Shown piece by piece: positions 12,248 to 26,020 of a stretch of 64,000 nt of DNA (the first letter of the stretch is position 1; each line of letters begins with the position of its first letter). The DNA is from Hypanus sabinus (lineage: Eukaryota). The notes under the pieces were generated by a model. It was not told where the DNA came from and did no database searches. It saw only the letters and a list, made by a program, of their open reading frames with translations. Position numbers and translations under genes: made by a program. The stretch is taken from assembly GCF_030144855.1 (NCBI RefSeq), contig NC_082709.1, positions 161,014,001 through 161,078,000 of the forward strand. Direction: 5' to 3'.

Positions 12248-12339
12248 ATACCATGTTGAAGATGATCGTTCATTTTCTTGGTTTTATAACTATAAATATA
12301 CTTGTCAATTGTTTAATTGATAGATATCTTTAGCAACAT

Positions 12340-14190
12340 AGATTGACTACGAGGCACAGGGATCCAAGGTAAAGTGATCTTAAAAAAAAACAGCCTTGGT
12401 AGCGTTATTTTGGGATAGATGCCAAAAGGAGCACATCGTACTGTATTGAGGAAGCAGAGGGACTGAGGAGAATGGGAAAAGAAGTGGCTGATAGAGAATA
12501 GCATAGGAAAGTATATGGTCATGTGCTTTGATAGAAGGAATAAAGTCAAAGAGTATTTTATAACCAGGGAGAAAAGACAGGAATCAAAAGTGCAAGATTT
12601 CCTAAAGGTTACATGCAAGTTGAGTTCATAAGAATTAGGAGCAGAATTGGGCCATTTGGCCCATCACGTCTGCTCCTCCATTCCATCATGGCTGATTTAT
12701 TATCCCTCTCAACCCCATTCTCTTGCCTTCTCCCTGTAACCTTTGACGTTCTGACTAATCAAGAACCTATATAAAACTATATTTAAACTCCACATTAAAT
12801 ATACCGAACGACTCGGCCTCTGGAGCCGTCGGTGGCAATGAATTCCACAGATCAGTACCATCTGGCTAAAGAAATTCCTCTTCATCTCTGTTTTAAATGG
12901 ACAGCCCTCTTTTCTGAGGCTGTACCCTCTGGTCTTACCTACTATAGCAAACATCCTCTCCACATTCACTATATCTAGGCCTTTTCATATTTGACAGTTT
13001 TCAATAAGATCCCCCCCCCCCCACTCTTCTGAACCCCAGTGAGCACAGGCCCAGAGACATCAAGCCCTCCTCACATGTTAAATCTGTCATTCCTGGTATT
13101 ATTCTCATGAACCTCCTCTGGACTCTGTCCAATACCAGCACATCCTTTCTTAGTTAAGGGGCCCAACTCTGCTCACAATATTCCAAGTGTGGTCTGACCA
13201 AAGATTTATAGAGCATTACATCCTTGCTTTTCTATTCTAGTTCTCTCAAAATGAATGCTAACTTTTAATTAGCCTTCCTTACCACCAACTTGACCTGCAA
13301 GTTAATCTTTTAGGGAATCTTATATAAGGATTCCCAAGATCCCTTGCACATCGGATATTTTAATTTTCTCACTGTTTAGAAAATAATCCTTGCCTTTATT
13401 CCTTCTATCAAAGTGTATGACCTTACACTATATTCTATCTGCTACTTCCTTGCCCATTCTACAAAACTGCTTCTGCAGACTCCCTGGTTCCTCAACACTA
13501 CTTGCCCCTGCACCTATCCACAAACTTGGCCACAAAGCCATCAATTTCATCATCCAGCAAATGTAAAGCTCGCATTCATTTCAAGACAACTAGAATACGA
13601 AAGCAAGGATGAGGCTTTATAAGTCATTGGTCAGACTGTTCTTGGGGTATTGTAAACAGTTTTTGGCCCCTTATCAAAGAAAGAATACACTGGCATTAGT
13701 GAGGGTCCAGAGGAAGTTCATGAAAATTATTCTGGGAATCAAAGAGTTAACATATGAGAAGTGTTTGATGGGCCTGGGCCTGTAGTTTGCTGGAGTTTAT
13801 AGAACGGGGGGGGAGGAGGAAATCGCACAGAAACCTATCAAATACTGAAAGGCCTAGATAGAGTAGATGTGGAGAAAGTATTTCCTGTAGTGGGGAAGTC
13901 TGGGGCCAGAAGCACAGCCTCAGAATAGAAGGACGTCCCTTTAGAACAAAGATGAGGATGCAATTATTTAGACAGAGCATGATGAATCTGTGGCATTCAT
14001 TGTCACATACAGCTGTTGAAGACAAGTCATTGGGTATATTTAAAGCAAGGTTCTTAGCTAGTAAAGCTATCAAAGGCTATGTGCAGAAGGTAGTAGAAGG
14101 AGGTTAAGAGGAATAATAAGTCAGACATGATCAAGTAGCAGGGCAGGCTCAATGTGCTGAATGGCCTAATTCTGCTCCTATGTCTTATGC
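12340..14190. mobile_element. Nested CR1 LINEs: a + copy (12340-12627 and 13557-14190) interrupted by a - copy (12628-13556)
   Basis: The + copy reads ..gcaagttgagtt / agcaaatgtaaagctcgcattcatttcaaga across the insertion; the - copy begins with the CR1 3' tail cataagaattaggagcagaa. Confidence 0.75.
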
Positions 14191-16397
14191 TCTTACTGCC
14201 TGAAAAGTATAATGCCATAGAAGGTTCGATGCAGCAGTAAATATATTTCACGGAGCTTTTATATTTCACTATTTCAAGATCTTACACAGATTTAACAAAA
14301 GTAGTCCATAAAGAGCTCTAACAATAGTGTTAAAGAAACATATAAAACGTGATATTTCTATGTCTACAACTTAAACAATTATTATTCCAGTTATTCAGGA
14401 AAGCTAAAATAACAGACAGAGGATGTTATTCAAGTAGGTTAAGCTTTCAACAACTAACACAGCCAAAAGTAATTTCCAAGGGAGCATTTTATTTCACAAA
14501 AAGTACCAGTTTTCAGTGAGACTGGAAACTTCTGATTCATTTTTAAATCTGCCAACTTCAAATTCAATTGAGCCAATTGCCACCCAATGAGTCTCCTCTT
14601 AATCTTCAACAAAGTGATGGAAAGCGTTCCTCAGAACAGCATCCCTCCTTCCATCACGAGGTCAGAAGGGAAACATAATGGGGAATTTCATCACTCAAAG
14701 GGGGGTGAGAGTGTGGAACAAGCTGTCAGCGAAAGTGGTGGATGCGGGTTCTATTTCAGCATTTAAGAAAAATTTAGATAAGCATATGGATGGGAGGGGT
14801 ATGAAGAGCTCTGATCCATGTGCAAGTTGATGTGACTAGGCAGATTAATAGTTTGACGTGGACTAGAAGGGCTAAAGGGCCTGTTACTGCACTGTAATGT
14901 CTATGACTCCATGACAAAGCTGCCTATATCCCATCCACCCTACCCACCGATTTGCTTCATCAACAACACATTGTTACTACAGTGTGCATTGTTCCTTTCT
15001 GTGCCTTGGGGCACATCGGGTGGCAACCATGCCATTTCTCCAGCATTTGTCTGTTTTTTAATTAGGCCAGGTTGCTAGCTTGACACTCTGAGGAGCTCAA
15101 AGGAAACATCGGGGGAATGGTAATTTTAAAGTTCTATCGGAGTCCGCACAGTGTGAAGTGTCATGTCACCAATTTCTCTGTATAATCCAGCTGTGGTTTT
15201 ATTTATCTACTTTACTCACTTAATATGACACAGATCCATGCTATTCCTCTTGCCCCACTCCCTCTTATTTCACTGTAGCCCTAAAACTTAGTCTATCACA
15301 CATGCCCATCAATGCACCTTTAACTCTTGCAACAAGGAAAGGTGATTTTGTAGTAACAAGTTAACCTCCCTACCACCTTTAGCATGTGGGAAGAAACCCA
15401 AACACCTGGGAGGAAAAAACAGGCCAGAAAGCTGTAAAGCAACAGCATCTGGTAACACATTCCTGTGTCATCCACAATTCAATCAGATCATGACTAGTCT
15501 ACTCTCATCTTCCTTAATAGACTTGCCTAACAAAATGCTGAAAAGTTGTATAAACTTTCAAATGCTCAAAGTCTATGAAGCATGCTCCAATTTTGCACTA
15601 TCTTCCAAACTTACAAATTTTATTCCTGACAGTCGAGTTCCAATTTTAAGAGTATGCTTTCATGTTCCAGAATTACCCCATGAGAGGAAATAGTTGCTCT
15701 GTATCTATCCTGTTAAATCTCTATAATCATTTTAAATATCTGATTAGACCTCCATGAACCTTGAAACTCTAAAGTATACATGCTAAGTTTATGAAACCAA
15801 TGCTTAACTGTTAAAAACCTGGTTTAATTTTGGTAAATCTTCAGCTTTATGGAACAGATCATAAAAGTATGCAGATTAAAAGATCATTTTTCATAAGATT
15901 ATGGACTAAATGAAATTTTTATAGTGGTAGCCAACCTTTCTGTCTCTTTTCTTTAAATTACTCTCCTCATCAAATGGGAATACAAAACATTTGCCAGCGC
16001 TCATGCACAATACCTCATCATTATTCTTCTCTCTGTTTCACTTTCTAATACAATAATATTAAAGGTGACCCTCACACTACATTTTGGGTGATGGAAATCC
16101 ACAACCACTAAAAAATATGGGACTCATAATAAATTTTGCTCTTATGAAACTTATGTGAAAAAGAAAACAAATAAATAAAGTTTTTTTATACACACACACA
16201 GAAAGCTGATGGCGTAGCTTTGCATTACACAAAGTGTAAACATAAGACTATTTTTTGGAACACACCCATCCTCCATAATGCAGAGGCCACCTGTGTTTTC
16301 ATGACACAATGTGCATTTACTGGATCAAAAGCAAATTAATTTGGGAGGAATTTGTGACAGCCACACAATATTACAGGTGCTAAGACAATATGACTTA

Positions 16398-17080
16398 GGT
16401 CCCAGAAGGTTGATTTGCAGGTTGCCTGTGGTGAAAAAGGCATATGCAATGTTGCCATTTACTTCAAGATGAATAGAATATAAAAGCAAGGAGATAATGC
16501 TGGGACTTTATAAGACACTAGTGAAGCCACATTTGGCATATGGTCAACAGTTTCAGGCCCCAAAGGATGTAATATCATCAGAGAGAGTCCCAAGGACATT
16601 CACGAAGATGATTCCGGGAATATAGGGGTTAATATATGAGGAGTGTTTGGTAGCTTTGGTCATGTACTAACTGGAATTTAGAAGAAAGTGCAGGGAGGGG
16701 GATCTCATTGAAATCTACCAAATGTTGAAAGGGCTAGATAGGGTGGATGTGGAGAGGATGTTTCCTCTGGTGGGGGTATCAAGAATTTGAGGATACATCA
16801 TCAAAATTAGAGGCAATCTTTTAAAACAGAGGTAAAGAGGAACTTCCTTTATCCAAAACGTCATGAATCTGTGGAATGCTCTGCCACAGACTGTGGTGGA
16901 TGCCAAGTCCATGGGTATATTTAAGGTGGATGTTGATAGTTTCCTGATTGGTCAGGCATCAGAGGATGTGGCGAGAAGGCGAGTGTATGGGATTGAGTGA
17001 GATCCAGGATCAGCCATGATGGAATGGCAGAGCAGACTCGATGGGCTGAATAGCCTAATTCTGTTCCTATGCCCTATGGT
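16398..17080 (+). mobile_element. CR1 LINE 3' fragment
   Basis: RT C-terminal remnants and CR1 3' UTR. Confidence 0.8.
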
Positions 17081-17291
17081 TAGGTATCTTTGCAAATATA
17101 GTAAAATCACATTAATTAGCCATGCAAAAGAGTATCAGGAAATGCAATTAAAAAAAAGTTGTTGCAGGTAGTTAGACAATTACTCTTACCTCAAATGTTC
17201 AGGTAGTGATTTATGAAATTTGTAAAGGCGAATTTCCCCAACCCAACAGCCATATCACAGGGGTCACCCGTAAATAGCCTCTTGAATCCAA

Positions 17292-18400
17292 ATAATTCAA
17301 GTTTGTTTAATGTCATTTCCAGTACACAAATATAAAGGATTACGAAATAATTGTTACTCCTGAATTGTTGCAGCACAATAAATACAATAAGATAAAGAAC
17401 ACAATAATAAAAGAACAATAAATATAAATACATAAGATAGCTCGATCACGAAAAGGAGAAAATCTGCAGATGTCATAACTCCAAGCAACACTCACAAAAT
17501 GCTGGAGGAACAAAGCAGGCCTGGCAGCATTTATGGAAAAGAGTACAATCAATATTTCAGGTCGAGACATCGACTGCACTCTTCTCTATAGATGCCATCT
17601 GGCCTGCTGAGATCCCCCAGCATTTTAAGTGTGCTGCTTACATAATATAGCTTATCTACATAGATTGACTTCATGTCCGTTAGGGACAGGCGTGTCTGTA
17701 TATAAGGTGACGCTGACAGAGAGTGATAAAGCAGTGATGGTGGGGGGTGGGGGAGGTGAGGTGGGTTAGTGGGTGGAGGCATTGATCAGCTTTACTGCTT
17801 GGGGAAAGTAACTACTTTTGAGTCTGGTGGTCCTGGTGTGGATGCTTTGTAGCCTCCTCCCTGATGGGAGTGAGACCAACAGTCCAAGAGCAAGGTGAAA
17901 GAGTTGCTTTCATGATGTTGCTGTTCTTTTTCTGACACCTTTCTGCATACATATCCTTACTGGTGCGTAGGCTGGCACTGATGATGTATTGGGGCAGTTG
18001 TGACTATCCAATTCAGAGCCTTCCTGTCTGCTGCACTGCAGATTCTGTACCATGCATTGATGTAGCATATTAGGATGCTCTCTACTGTGCATCTGCAGGG
18101 CAAAAGACACAAGCATTTATGTGCATAATCCAGCTCTGTTTGGCTTTCTCAGAAAGTAAACTCGTGAGCTTTCTTGATTGTGTAGAATGTGTTCAGGGAC
18201 CATAAGAGGTTGTGCAAAATGTGCACTCCTGGGAGTTTGGAACTGCTTGCAGTTTCAGCTACTGTGCTGCCGATGTAACCAGGGGCATGAGGGGCACGAG
18301 TGGTAAGCGTTCTTCTGAAATCGATTACCATCTCCTTTGACTCGTTGACATTGAGAAAGGGGTTACTTGCCTGGAACCAAGCATCAAGCTCTTCCATCTC
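17292..18400 (-). mobile_element. Rex1/Babar-like LINE 3' fragment
   Basis: ORF 18149-18397 LNVNESKEMVIDFRR..LPGVHILHNLLWS. Confidence 0.7.
17447..17640. mobile_element. Penelope pLTR fold-back remnant nested in a Rex/Babar fragment
   Basis: aaaatgctggaggaac..gcagcat and gatgcc..cagcatttt inverted arms. Confidence 0.7.
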
Positions 18401-20169
18401 TAAACAACACCCTTAATAATGGCAGCTTTAACATATTTTATCAATGAACTGAATTCAACAGCTGTCTTTTTTGATGGCATTCCTTTTAATTTGTACATGT
18501 TACGTTACGGAGATAAAATCAGAAAATATTTCAATTAGTGACCTGTCTTTCTTCACAATGATTTCATGAAGAGGAAAAAACTCCAAGTTGAGAAATGAAT
18601 CTGTCTGTATAAAGTTTACATATAGATCCAGCTGTGACACATCAAACAAAAATTAAGTATTTAATAGGTTTCTAATTATGATGTCGTTTGACTTTGTGGT
18701 TATTTCTCCAGGGCACAACTGTAACAGTTCTGGTACAGTACATGTAATTCAAGAGAGACCGAGACTTCAGTAAAATGATGTCACAGTCTCAGAATTTCTT
18801 TTACCCTTTCTTCACCCATTTTAAGATTATGTCGATTATAATCTAGTTACATGAACTTCATGCAACTTAGATTTAAATCTCTAATGTTAACTAGACCTTT
18901 CATCAAGTTATTCATTTATTGTTAAAAATCTTCATTCTTCATGCAAGTTAGAAGCCAATGTTGTACACAACAATAATTCATGTACTCTGTGAAAAAAAAA
19001 TTGAATTGTTCTAGAAATAGAAGTTATCAAAGAAATATCTTGATGGATGCAATATTGCATTTAACACACAAATTTTTGAAAAAATACAAGCAATACGTGC
19101 AAATAATTTCTAGATACCAATTCAAAGTAACTGATAATATCTTTAGAGCCACTTCTTTGGCCTGTTAACACAGATGTATCACAATGCTAATATCTTCTGA
19201 GCAGAGCATGAAAACATTTGCTGCACAGTAACTGATCGATTTGGAGTTGGATTCAAAACTATTACTAGGAAAGGTTAAGCAGCAGAATTGAGAACATGTC
19301 AAATTTACCTAAAAGGAAAGCAACAGTAAAGAATACTCACACAGTCGGGGCTTTGGGCTTAATGCTCAGCTTCCAACCGAAAACAATTCTAAAATTTAAT
19401 GCATCATAGCCCTAAAAACAGTAAGTGTGATAAGGCAGAGAATAAATGGCTTAGTCCACTGTTGAAATTGCTCATTTCACCTTCTAAGTCAGTATCTTTC
19501 AGAAAAATTGAAGTGTAACAAATCATTGCATCTAGTCACAATAGCATATTACACTTTTATTTTTCCAGAATAGGAGACACTGCATTAATTTGTTCTGGTA
19601 TTACAGAACAATCATTTCAGTGCATTCTACTGTAAAAAAAATGAATTCTGAGGAGGTGTTAATTCCAAAGATTGTCCCTTACTCTGCTCATAAGTGAAAG
19701 TAATTTCAGGAATCTGTGTATCAGCTGAAACATCCTGCACTAATTCAAATCATGCCTCCACGTCTTAAATGGATAGATGACTGGAGAAATGTCACAGAAG
19801 GAAGTGAATGGATTAAAGCAGGGAGTCAAAACGAACTGACAGGCACATATACACGAACGTACACAACTAGATGACAAACATTTCCAGTTACTCGACATGG
19901 GAAGAGTACCACAGCTAGATTGTGACCATTAATTTACACATTATCCTCTCTCTTACAGAAGGCAACATGCTGTCAGCTGTTCCCTGCAGCAATACACTGA
20001 CTGGGCAACAAGTTGTGGGTTTACTTTCTATTTCAACAACACAATGAAAAAGTACGGGGAACATGGGGTCAGCCTCCAGAGCACAAAATACTGCAACAAT
20101 TAAGATAAATGTTCATCCATTACGTATAGCAATCTTCCATCCACACTGTAAAAAATATCTGACACTAAA

Positions 20170-20940
20170 AACACACACACAATGCCGAGGGAACTCAGCA
20201 GGCCAGGCATCATCTGTGGAAAAGAGTATACTCAATGTTTCGGGCCGAGACCCTTCGACAAGACTGGAGAAAAAATGCTGAGGAGTAGGTTTAAAAGGTT
20301 CGGGAGGGGAGAAAGAAACACAAGGTGATAGGTGAAACCTGAAGTGGGAGGGATGAAGTAAAGAGCTGGGAAGTTGATTGGTGAAAGAGATACAGGGCTG
20401 GAGAAGTGGAGTCTGACAGAAGAGGACAGAGGCCATGGAAGAAAGAAAAGGGGGAAGGGGGCACCATAGGGAGGTGATGGGCAAGCAAGGAGACAAGGGA
20501 AGAGAGGGAAAAGGGAATGGGGATGGTGAGGGGAGTTGGGGCATTATAGGAAGTTCGAGAAATCGATGTTCATGCCATCCGGTTGGAGGCTACCCAGATG
20601 GAATATAAGGTGGTGTTCCTCTAACCCAAGTGTGACTTCATCACGACAGTGGAGGAGGTTATGAATAGATATATCGGAATGGGAAGTGGAATTAAAATGC
20701 GTGGCCACTGGCAATCTACGTCGGGTCTCACCAATATACAGGAGTCCACACCAGGAGCACCGGACACAGTATATGACCCCAACTAACTCACAGGTAAAGT
20801 GTGGGCTCACCTGGAAGGACTGTTTTGGGGCCCTGAATGTCACAGTACTCTTTTCCATAGATGCTGCCTGGCTGCTGAGTTCCTCCAGCATTTTGTGTGT
20901 GTTGCTTGGATGCCAGCATCCAAGATTTCCTTGTTTTTGA
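20170..20940 (-). mobile_element. Penelope 3' fragment (GIY-YIG plus pLTR) with an inverted pLTR
   Basis: ORF 20544-20891 GVIYCVRCSWCGLLYIGETRRRL..PVATHFN; pLTR on - at 20170-20270 and on + at 20840-20940. Confidence 0.85.
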
Positions 20941-21144
20941 TTTGATACTGAACCACAGCTGTCAAATCACAAGTTTCTTTTAAATCAAATCAATACTGCG
21001 TATTCAGAAACCGCAGGTGCTGGAATCTGGAGCAAAAAAACATATGGGCAGTTGACATTTCCACTTAAGAGCATGTTGACTCTGCATTTCCCTCTATAGA
21101 TGCTGCCAGGCCTGCTGTGTTCCTGTTTGTTTTTTGATCAATAC

Positions 21145-21187
<43 letters not shown>

Positions 21188-21210
21188 ATATCTATATATA
21201 TATCTATATA
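21145..21210. repeat. (TG)n(TA)n microsatellite
   Basis: Seen directly. Confidence 0.95.
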
Positions 21211-21519
21211 TTTGAGCAACATTACTCCCAGATACCCAAACACCAATTGCAAAAGATACATACACGGGAACCAGATAAAATTAGCTGGTCACATGGCTCA
21301 ACTAAATGTCGAAAGTTACGCGTGAGGTTCCTAATGTTAATAGAGCTGACCAACAGCATATCTGATGCAGGATCTGTGGACTACCTAGAAAACTTCAAAT
21401 TGTTTCTTCAGATCAGAAGTATGCATGGCAAAATGGGGAAACTCCTTACAAGGGCATCAGTGTTGATGCAACCAGTCAATATACTCTCCACCACACATCT
21501 ATAGAAGTTTGTCAAAGTT

Positions 21520-22468
21520 TTTAAATAGCACTATTTGTATAGGTTTGTGTTCAAAAAATAGTGATTTTTGACAATAATGGCTGTGATTGAAAATCAAAAT
21601 GATTTAACTACATCTGCAGGTTAGGAAGCTGAAGAATTTGTAGTTATCAACATAGCATTGTATCAAGGCAGTCCATTATGTGCTCTAGGTGTCTGTGGTA
21701 ATTTTGCTTATTTACAGTCAATGGAAAGAACACAGCAGTGTGCTGGTTGTCCGTCATATCTGATGATGACGGCGAAACCTGTGCAGGAGTTTCTAAAGTG
21801 GAAAAGCTGTTGAATTGGGACAGCCCCACTCTCTCAACTTTGGAAGTCCTGATCCAGTGGTACAAGTAGTCATCACAAACTGGGGTCTTCCTTGGTTGCA
21901 GTGGATAACCATGATGTCTTCTGTGCCTTATCCTACCCTTTGCTCTTCACAAAGTATTGCAGAACAGCCTTCTTGACCATTGGATCTCATTGTCAATAGC
22001 ATCCACCCAGTCTGCCGGAGCTAACTTCACACGTTGGGACAGACATGTCCCTATTTCACTGGGGTTTGAGGCCCACCAGCCACTCTCACCTGGTTTAGAC
22101 AGTCTGCCAAAGCTGTTTAAACGGCTAACCTGAGCTGAGTGTCCAGTAGGGACCAAAGGTGAGCAAGCTGCCCCAGAACAATATGATAAGCCCCTTCACC
22201 AGGTGTTACCCCTGGTGACAGCCCATAAATAGCAGCGTACACTGGATAAATTCCTCTGTCAATTCTGTAGTAGCATTGGTAGTGTTCTAACTTTTTTCTG
22301 TATTTCATTTAAACACATAATTTTTTACTCAAATAAGTGGTAATTTACCTTTTTTTAAAAAAAATACCTTTTTAACTATTTCCATGGAACCTCAGCTAAT
22401 TGGGGCAGCCGTTCAATTGAGCCAAAATATACTGGTTGTAACGTGTCTCAACTAACTGGAATCCACTG
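21520..22468 (+). mobile_element. Partial second copy of the Tigger-like element, interrupted by an unclassified insertion at about 21730-22225
   Basis: Shares internal sequence and the right TIR (ctggaatccactg-TA) with 6210-6984. Confidence 0.55.
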
Positions 22469-23041
22469 TACTGAAGTTTGCTTTTGAATCACAAAACAGT
22501 TACATGGCTTTGGCTTCTAGATTATGCCTTCTTGTAATAAAAGGAAGCAGAACAGTTTGAAGAAATTTTCAAAGCAAATCATGGAGTGACAATACAACAG
22601 GCTCTTTGGTGTTGAGTGAGTTGCAGATTTACCAGTGTCTTTGGAACTTCTCTCAAGGGCAAGCAGAAAGCATTTTACAGAGTCTACACGGAACTTTAAC
22701 TTAGAATCACTGTGCAAAATAAAGCTGTGTCACAAATGTAGTTCATGCAGCTTCCAAAAGGATGCTACAGAGAAAATAATTAAGTGACTTGGTTTAAATT
22801 AAATCAAATGAATGGGTTAACATTCAATTTCATCTCATTTTGACTCAGTGGGAAGTCAAAGTCAATAGATGACTTTGAAAGTATTATTTTGAGATGGTCA
22901 TGACCAAGTATACAGTTACATCTCTTTTCACCCCAAGACCAAAGTATGCCTGTGACCTGCAGCATTCAGGTACAAACCATCTGTGTAAGAGGCAAGAAAA
23001 TGAGTAGGATCTTCTTATTGACTTTGCCCTCATTACAGAGT

Positions 23042-23280
23042 GTGGTGCGTGGCCAAGTGGTTAAGGCGTTGGACTAGCAATCCTTGAGCAAGGCACTTAA
23101 CACACACTGCTCCAGTCCACCCAGATGAAAATGGGTACTGGCAAAATGCTGGGGGTTACCCTCATGATAGACTGGCCCCCTATCTGGGGTGGGGGGGTGG
23201 AGGGAGGTGTTGTACTCTCAGTCGCTTCACGCCACAGAAACTGGCATAAGCACCGGTCTGATGTGCCTTGGTTTCAGACT
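23042..23280 (+). mobile_element. tRNA-derived SINE (B-box deleted), non-V body
   Basis: A-box TGGCCAAGTGGTTAAGGC, then cttgagcaaggcacttaa and tccacccagatgaaaatgggtac conserved-domain-like body. Confidence 0.6.
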
Positions 23281-23369
23281 TTAACTGATTCATTACAGAG
23301 GGTGTAGCAGCTATCAACAGAGAAAGACATTCTATCAGAAGAATGTGTCACAGCAACCTCTGAGCATTC

Positions 23370-24300
23370 TTGTGAACCTCATCTGGACCATCTGGAATGC
23401 CAGCTCATCCTTTCTTAGATAATGGGCCCCAAAACTGCTCACAATACCCCATATGTCAAATGAATAATGCCTTATAAAGCCTCAGCATTACACTCTTGCT
23501 CTTATATACTAAACCCCTTGAAATGAGTACTAACGTTGCATTTGCCTTCCTTACCACCAACTCATCCAGCAAGTTCACTTTTAGGGAATCCTGCTTGAGG
23601 AATCCCAAGCCCTCTTGAGCCTCTGGTTTTGAATTTTCTCTCCATTTAGAAAATAGTCCATGCCGTCATTCCTCCTACCAAAGTGCATGACCCCACACTT
23701 TCCTGCACTATATTCCATCTGCCACTTCTTTGCTCATTCTCCCAGTCAGTATTGCCGTAGACTCCCTGCTTCAACACAACATACCCCTTCACCAATCTTC
23801 ATATCATCTGCAACTTGGCCACAAAACTATCAATTCTACTATCCAAATCATTGGCATATAATGTGAAAAGAAGCAGTCCCAAAATCGACAACCGTAGAAT
23901 ACCACTAGTCACCAGCACCAGCTAGTATTTTCCTGCAACATCATGGGCTCTTATCTCATTAAGCAACCTCACGTATGGTACCTTGTCAAAGGCCTTCTGA
24001 AAGTCCAAGTAAACAACATCCACTGACTCTTGTCCGTTACTTCCTCAAAGAATTCCAACAAATTTATCAGGCAAGAGTTTCCCCTATGGAGACCATGCTG
24101 ATTTTAGCCTATTTTAGCATTTGCATCCGAGTATCCCAAAACCTCATCCTCAATAATGGACTCCAACATCTTCCCAACCGCTGAGTTTCAGCGGTCTGGC
24201 CTATAATTTCCTTTCTTCTGCCTCCCCCTCTTCTGAAAGAGTGCAGTTTTCCCGTCCCCCAGAACCATTCTGGTATCTAGTGATTCTTGAAAGATCTACA
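23370..24300 (-). mobile_element. CR1 LINE fragment
   Basis: Reverse-complement RT segments (DFQKAFDKVP-like near 23980-24010). Confidence 0.75.
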
Positions 24301-24944
24301 ATCCTTGTCCTAGCACAGCATCTGAAATATCATGGGCATGCCAGTGTGACTCAAGGTTAGGAGCTAACCAGGCTTCCTTAGTGCAGGGGGTTAACCACAC
24401 GGATTTCTTGCTGGTGGCCATGCACTATTATCACATGCATAGAGTGAGAGGATCTACTGTTTGATAAAGAGCTCTGAATTCATATATGGAAGCTTGGACT
24501 TTCTGAACGTTTGGAGGCAAACGTGTTCATCTACATTGCCAGAGACAAATTCTTCTTTTTGAGTGGAGTGCCAATAAAAAGTACTATGAAAATCCAGAAG
24601 AGTGGTTAGTAAACAACAGATTTGTAGATTTGTTCTCAGTTGCATCTATTGAACTATACATAATGGTAATTTGTTTGGGTTTTTTGTCACTGCGGGAGTT
24701 CAGGTTTGTCTTTATTCACATATGCAGCAAAAGGTTAGTAAATAGAGGCTTCATTTCAGAATTGTTACGAATGTACCTCAACCACTGTGGTTCCAAACTC
24801 CTGCTTATCTTTCTCAAACGAGTTCTGCACAAACTGAATCCCAATCTCTTCCAATTCCTTCCCCAGCTAAATTCCTGGCAACCTGCGATAATTTTACATA
24901 GCACAAGTGAAAGGTTTCCCTTTCCCATTCAGACACAATACTTT

Positions 24945-25140
24945 TTAATTTATTGAGATACAACACATAATAGACCCTTCTGTCCTATCAAGCCATGCTG
25001 CCCAGCAACCCCCGATTTAACACTAGCCCAACCATGGGACAATTTATAATGACCAATTAACCTCCCAAGCAGTACATCTTAAGACTGTGGGAGGAAAATG
25101 GAGCACCTGGAAAAAACCCACGCAGTCATGAGGGGAACAT
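24945..25140 (-). mobile_element. V-SINE fragment
   Basis: Reverse complement of the V-domain (gactgtgggaggaaa..gagcacctgg). Confidence 0.65.
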
Positions 25141-25549
25141 ATTATAACATTAACAACAAGCTTTCCCCTTCGACTTAGACTTCCATCTCTAACTTATTGG
25201 TTGGCAAATGATACACCAGATGATGACGTTTCAGTGGAAAATAAAAAATAAAAATTCTAAAAAGGCATCACTCATAATATTACCAAACTTCACTGATAGT
25301 AAGCCAAGGTATGAAATGTAAACTCGTCGGGTTACTATTGCTCCATTTCTTTACTTTTCTTGGTAACACCAAGTTAATGATATTAGTATTTATAACAAAA
25401 TCAGTTCTGCTTTATTGATAATGCTACATCTTACAGATAGTTGTGATGAAATTTCTTGCAATTATATCAAGCTAGAAATATAGGTTCACAGTATGCTCTA
25501 AAGACATAGTTCCCAACTGATAAGGCAGGAGCAGTAGCAACAGAATATA

Positions 25550-26020
25550 AAGTTCAAAGTAAATTTATTATCAAAGAACATATATGTCACCATATACAAC
25601 TCTGAGATGCATTTTCTTGTGGGCATACCTAATAAATTTAATAATCATAATAGAATCAATGAACGATCTCAACTAATTAGGGTGGACAACTAGTATGTAA
25701 GATGACAGACTATGTAAGTACAAAAGTAAACAAAAAAAGTAATAAATAAATAATAAATAGTGAGAACATATGATGAAAAGTCCTTGAAAGTGAGCTCTTA
25801 GGTTGTGGAAACAGTTAAGTGTTGCGGCAAGTGAAGATTAGCAAAGTTATCCCCTCCCGTTCTGGAGCTTCTTGTACCTTCTTCCTGATGGCAGCAGCGA
25901 GAAGAGAGCATGGCCTTGGAGCTGGGGGTCTTGGATGATGGTCGCTGCTTTCCTGCAACAACACTCCATGTATATATGCTTAATGGTGGGGAGAGCTTTA
26001 TTTGTGATGGATTACCTGGT
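25550..26020 (-). mobile_element. Rex/L2-like LINE 3' fragment
   Basis: Tail aagttcaaagtaaatttattatca shared with 45905-46600. Confidence 0.6.

Noticed and set aside
21100-21504. ORFs with YIYIYI tracts
   Set aside because: Translations of a (TA)n microsatellite
21759-21790. ctgatgatgacggcgaaac resembling a hammerhead core
   Set aside because: No convincing stem II or stem I closure; lies in an unrelated repeat
23042-23085. tRNA gene
   Set aside because: Only the A-box half is present, followed by a SINE body; no cloverleaf
24630-24956. ORFs on both strands and a possible minus-strand exon at about 24777-24882
   Set aside because: Weak splice sites and no recognisable protein
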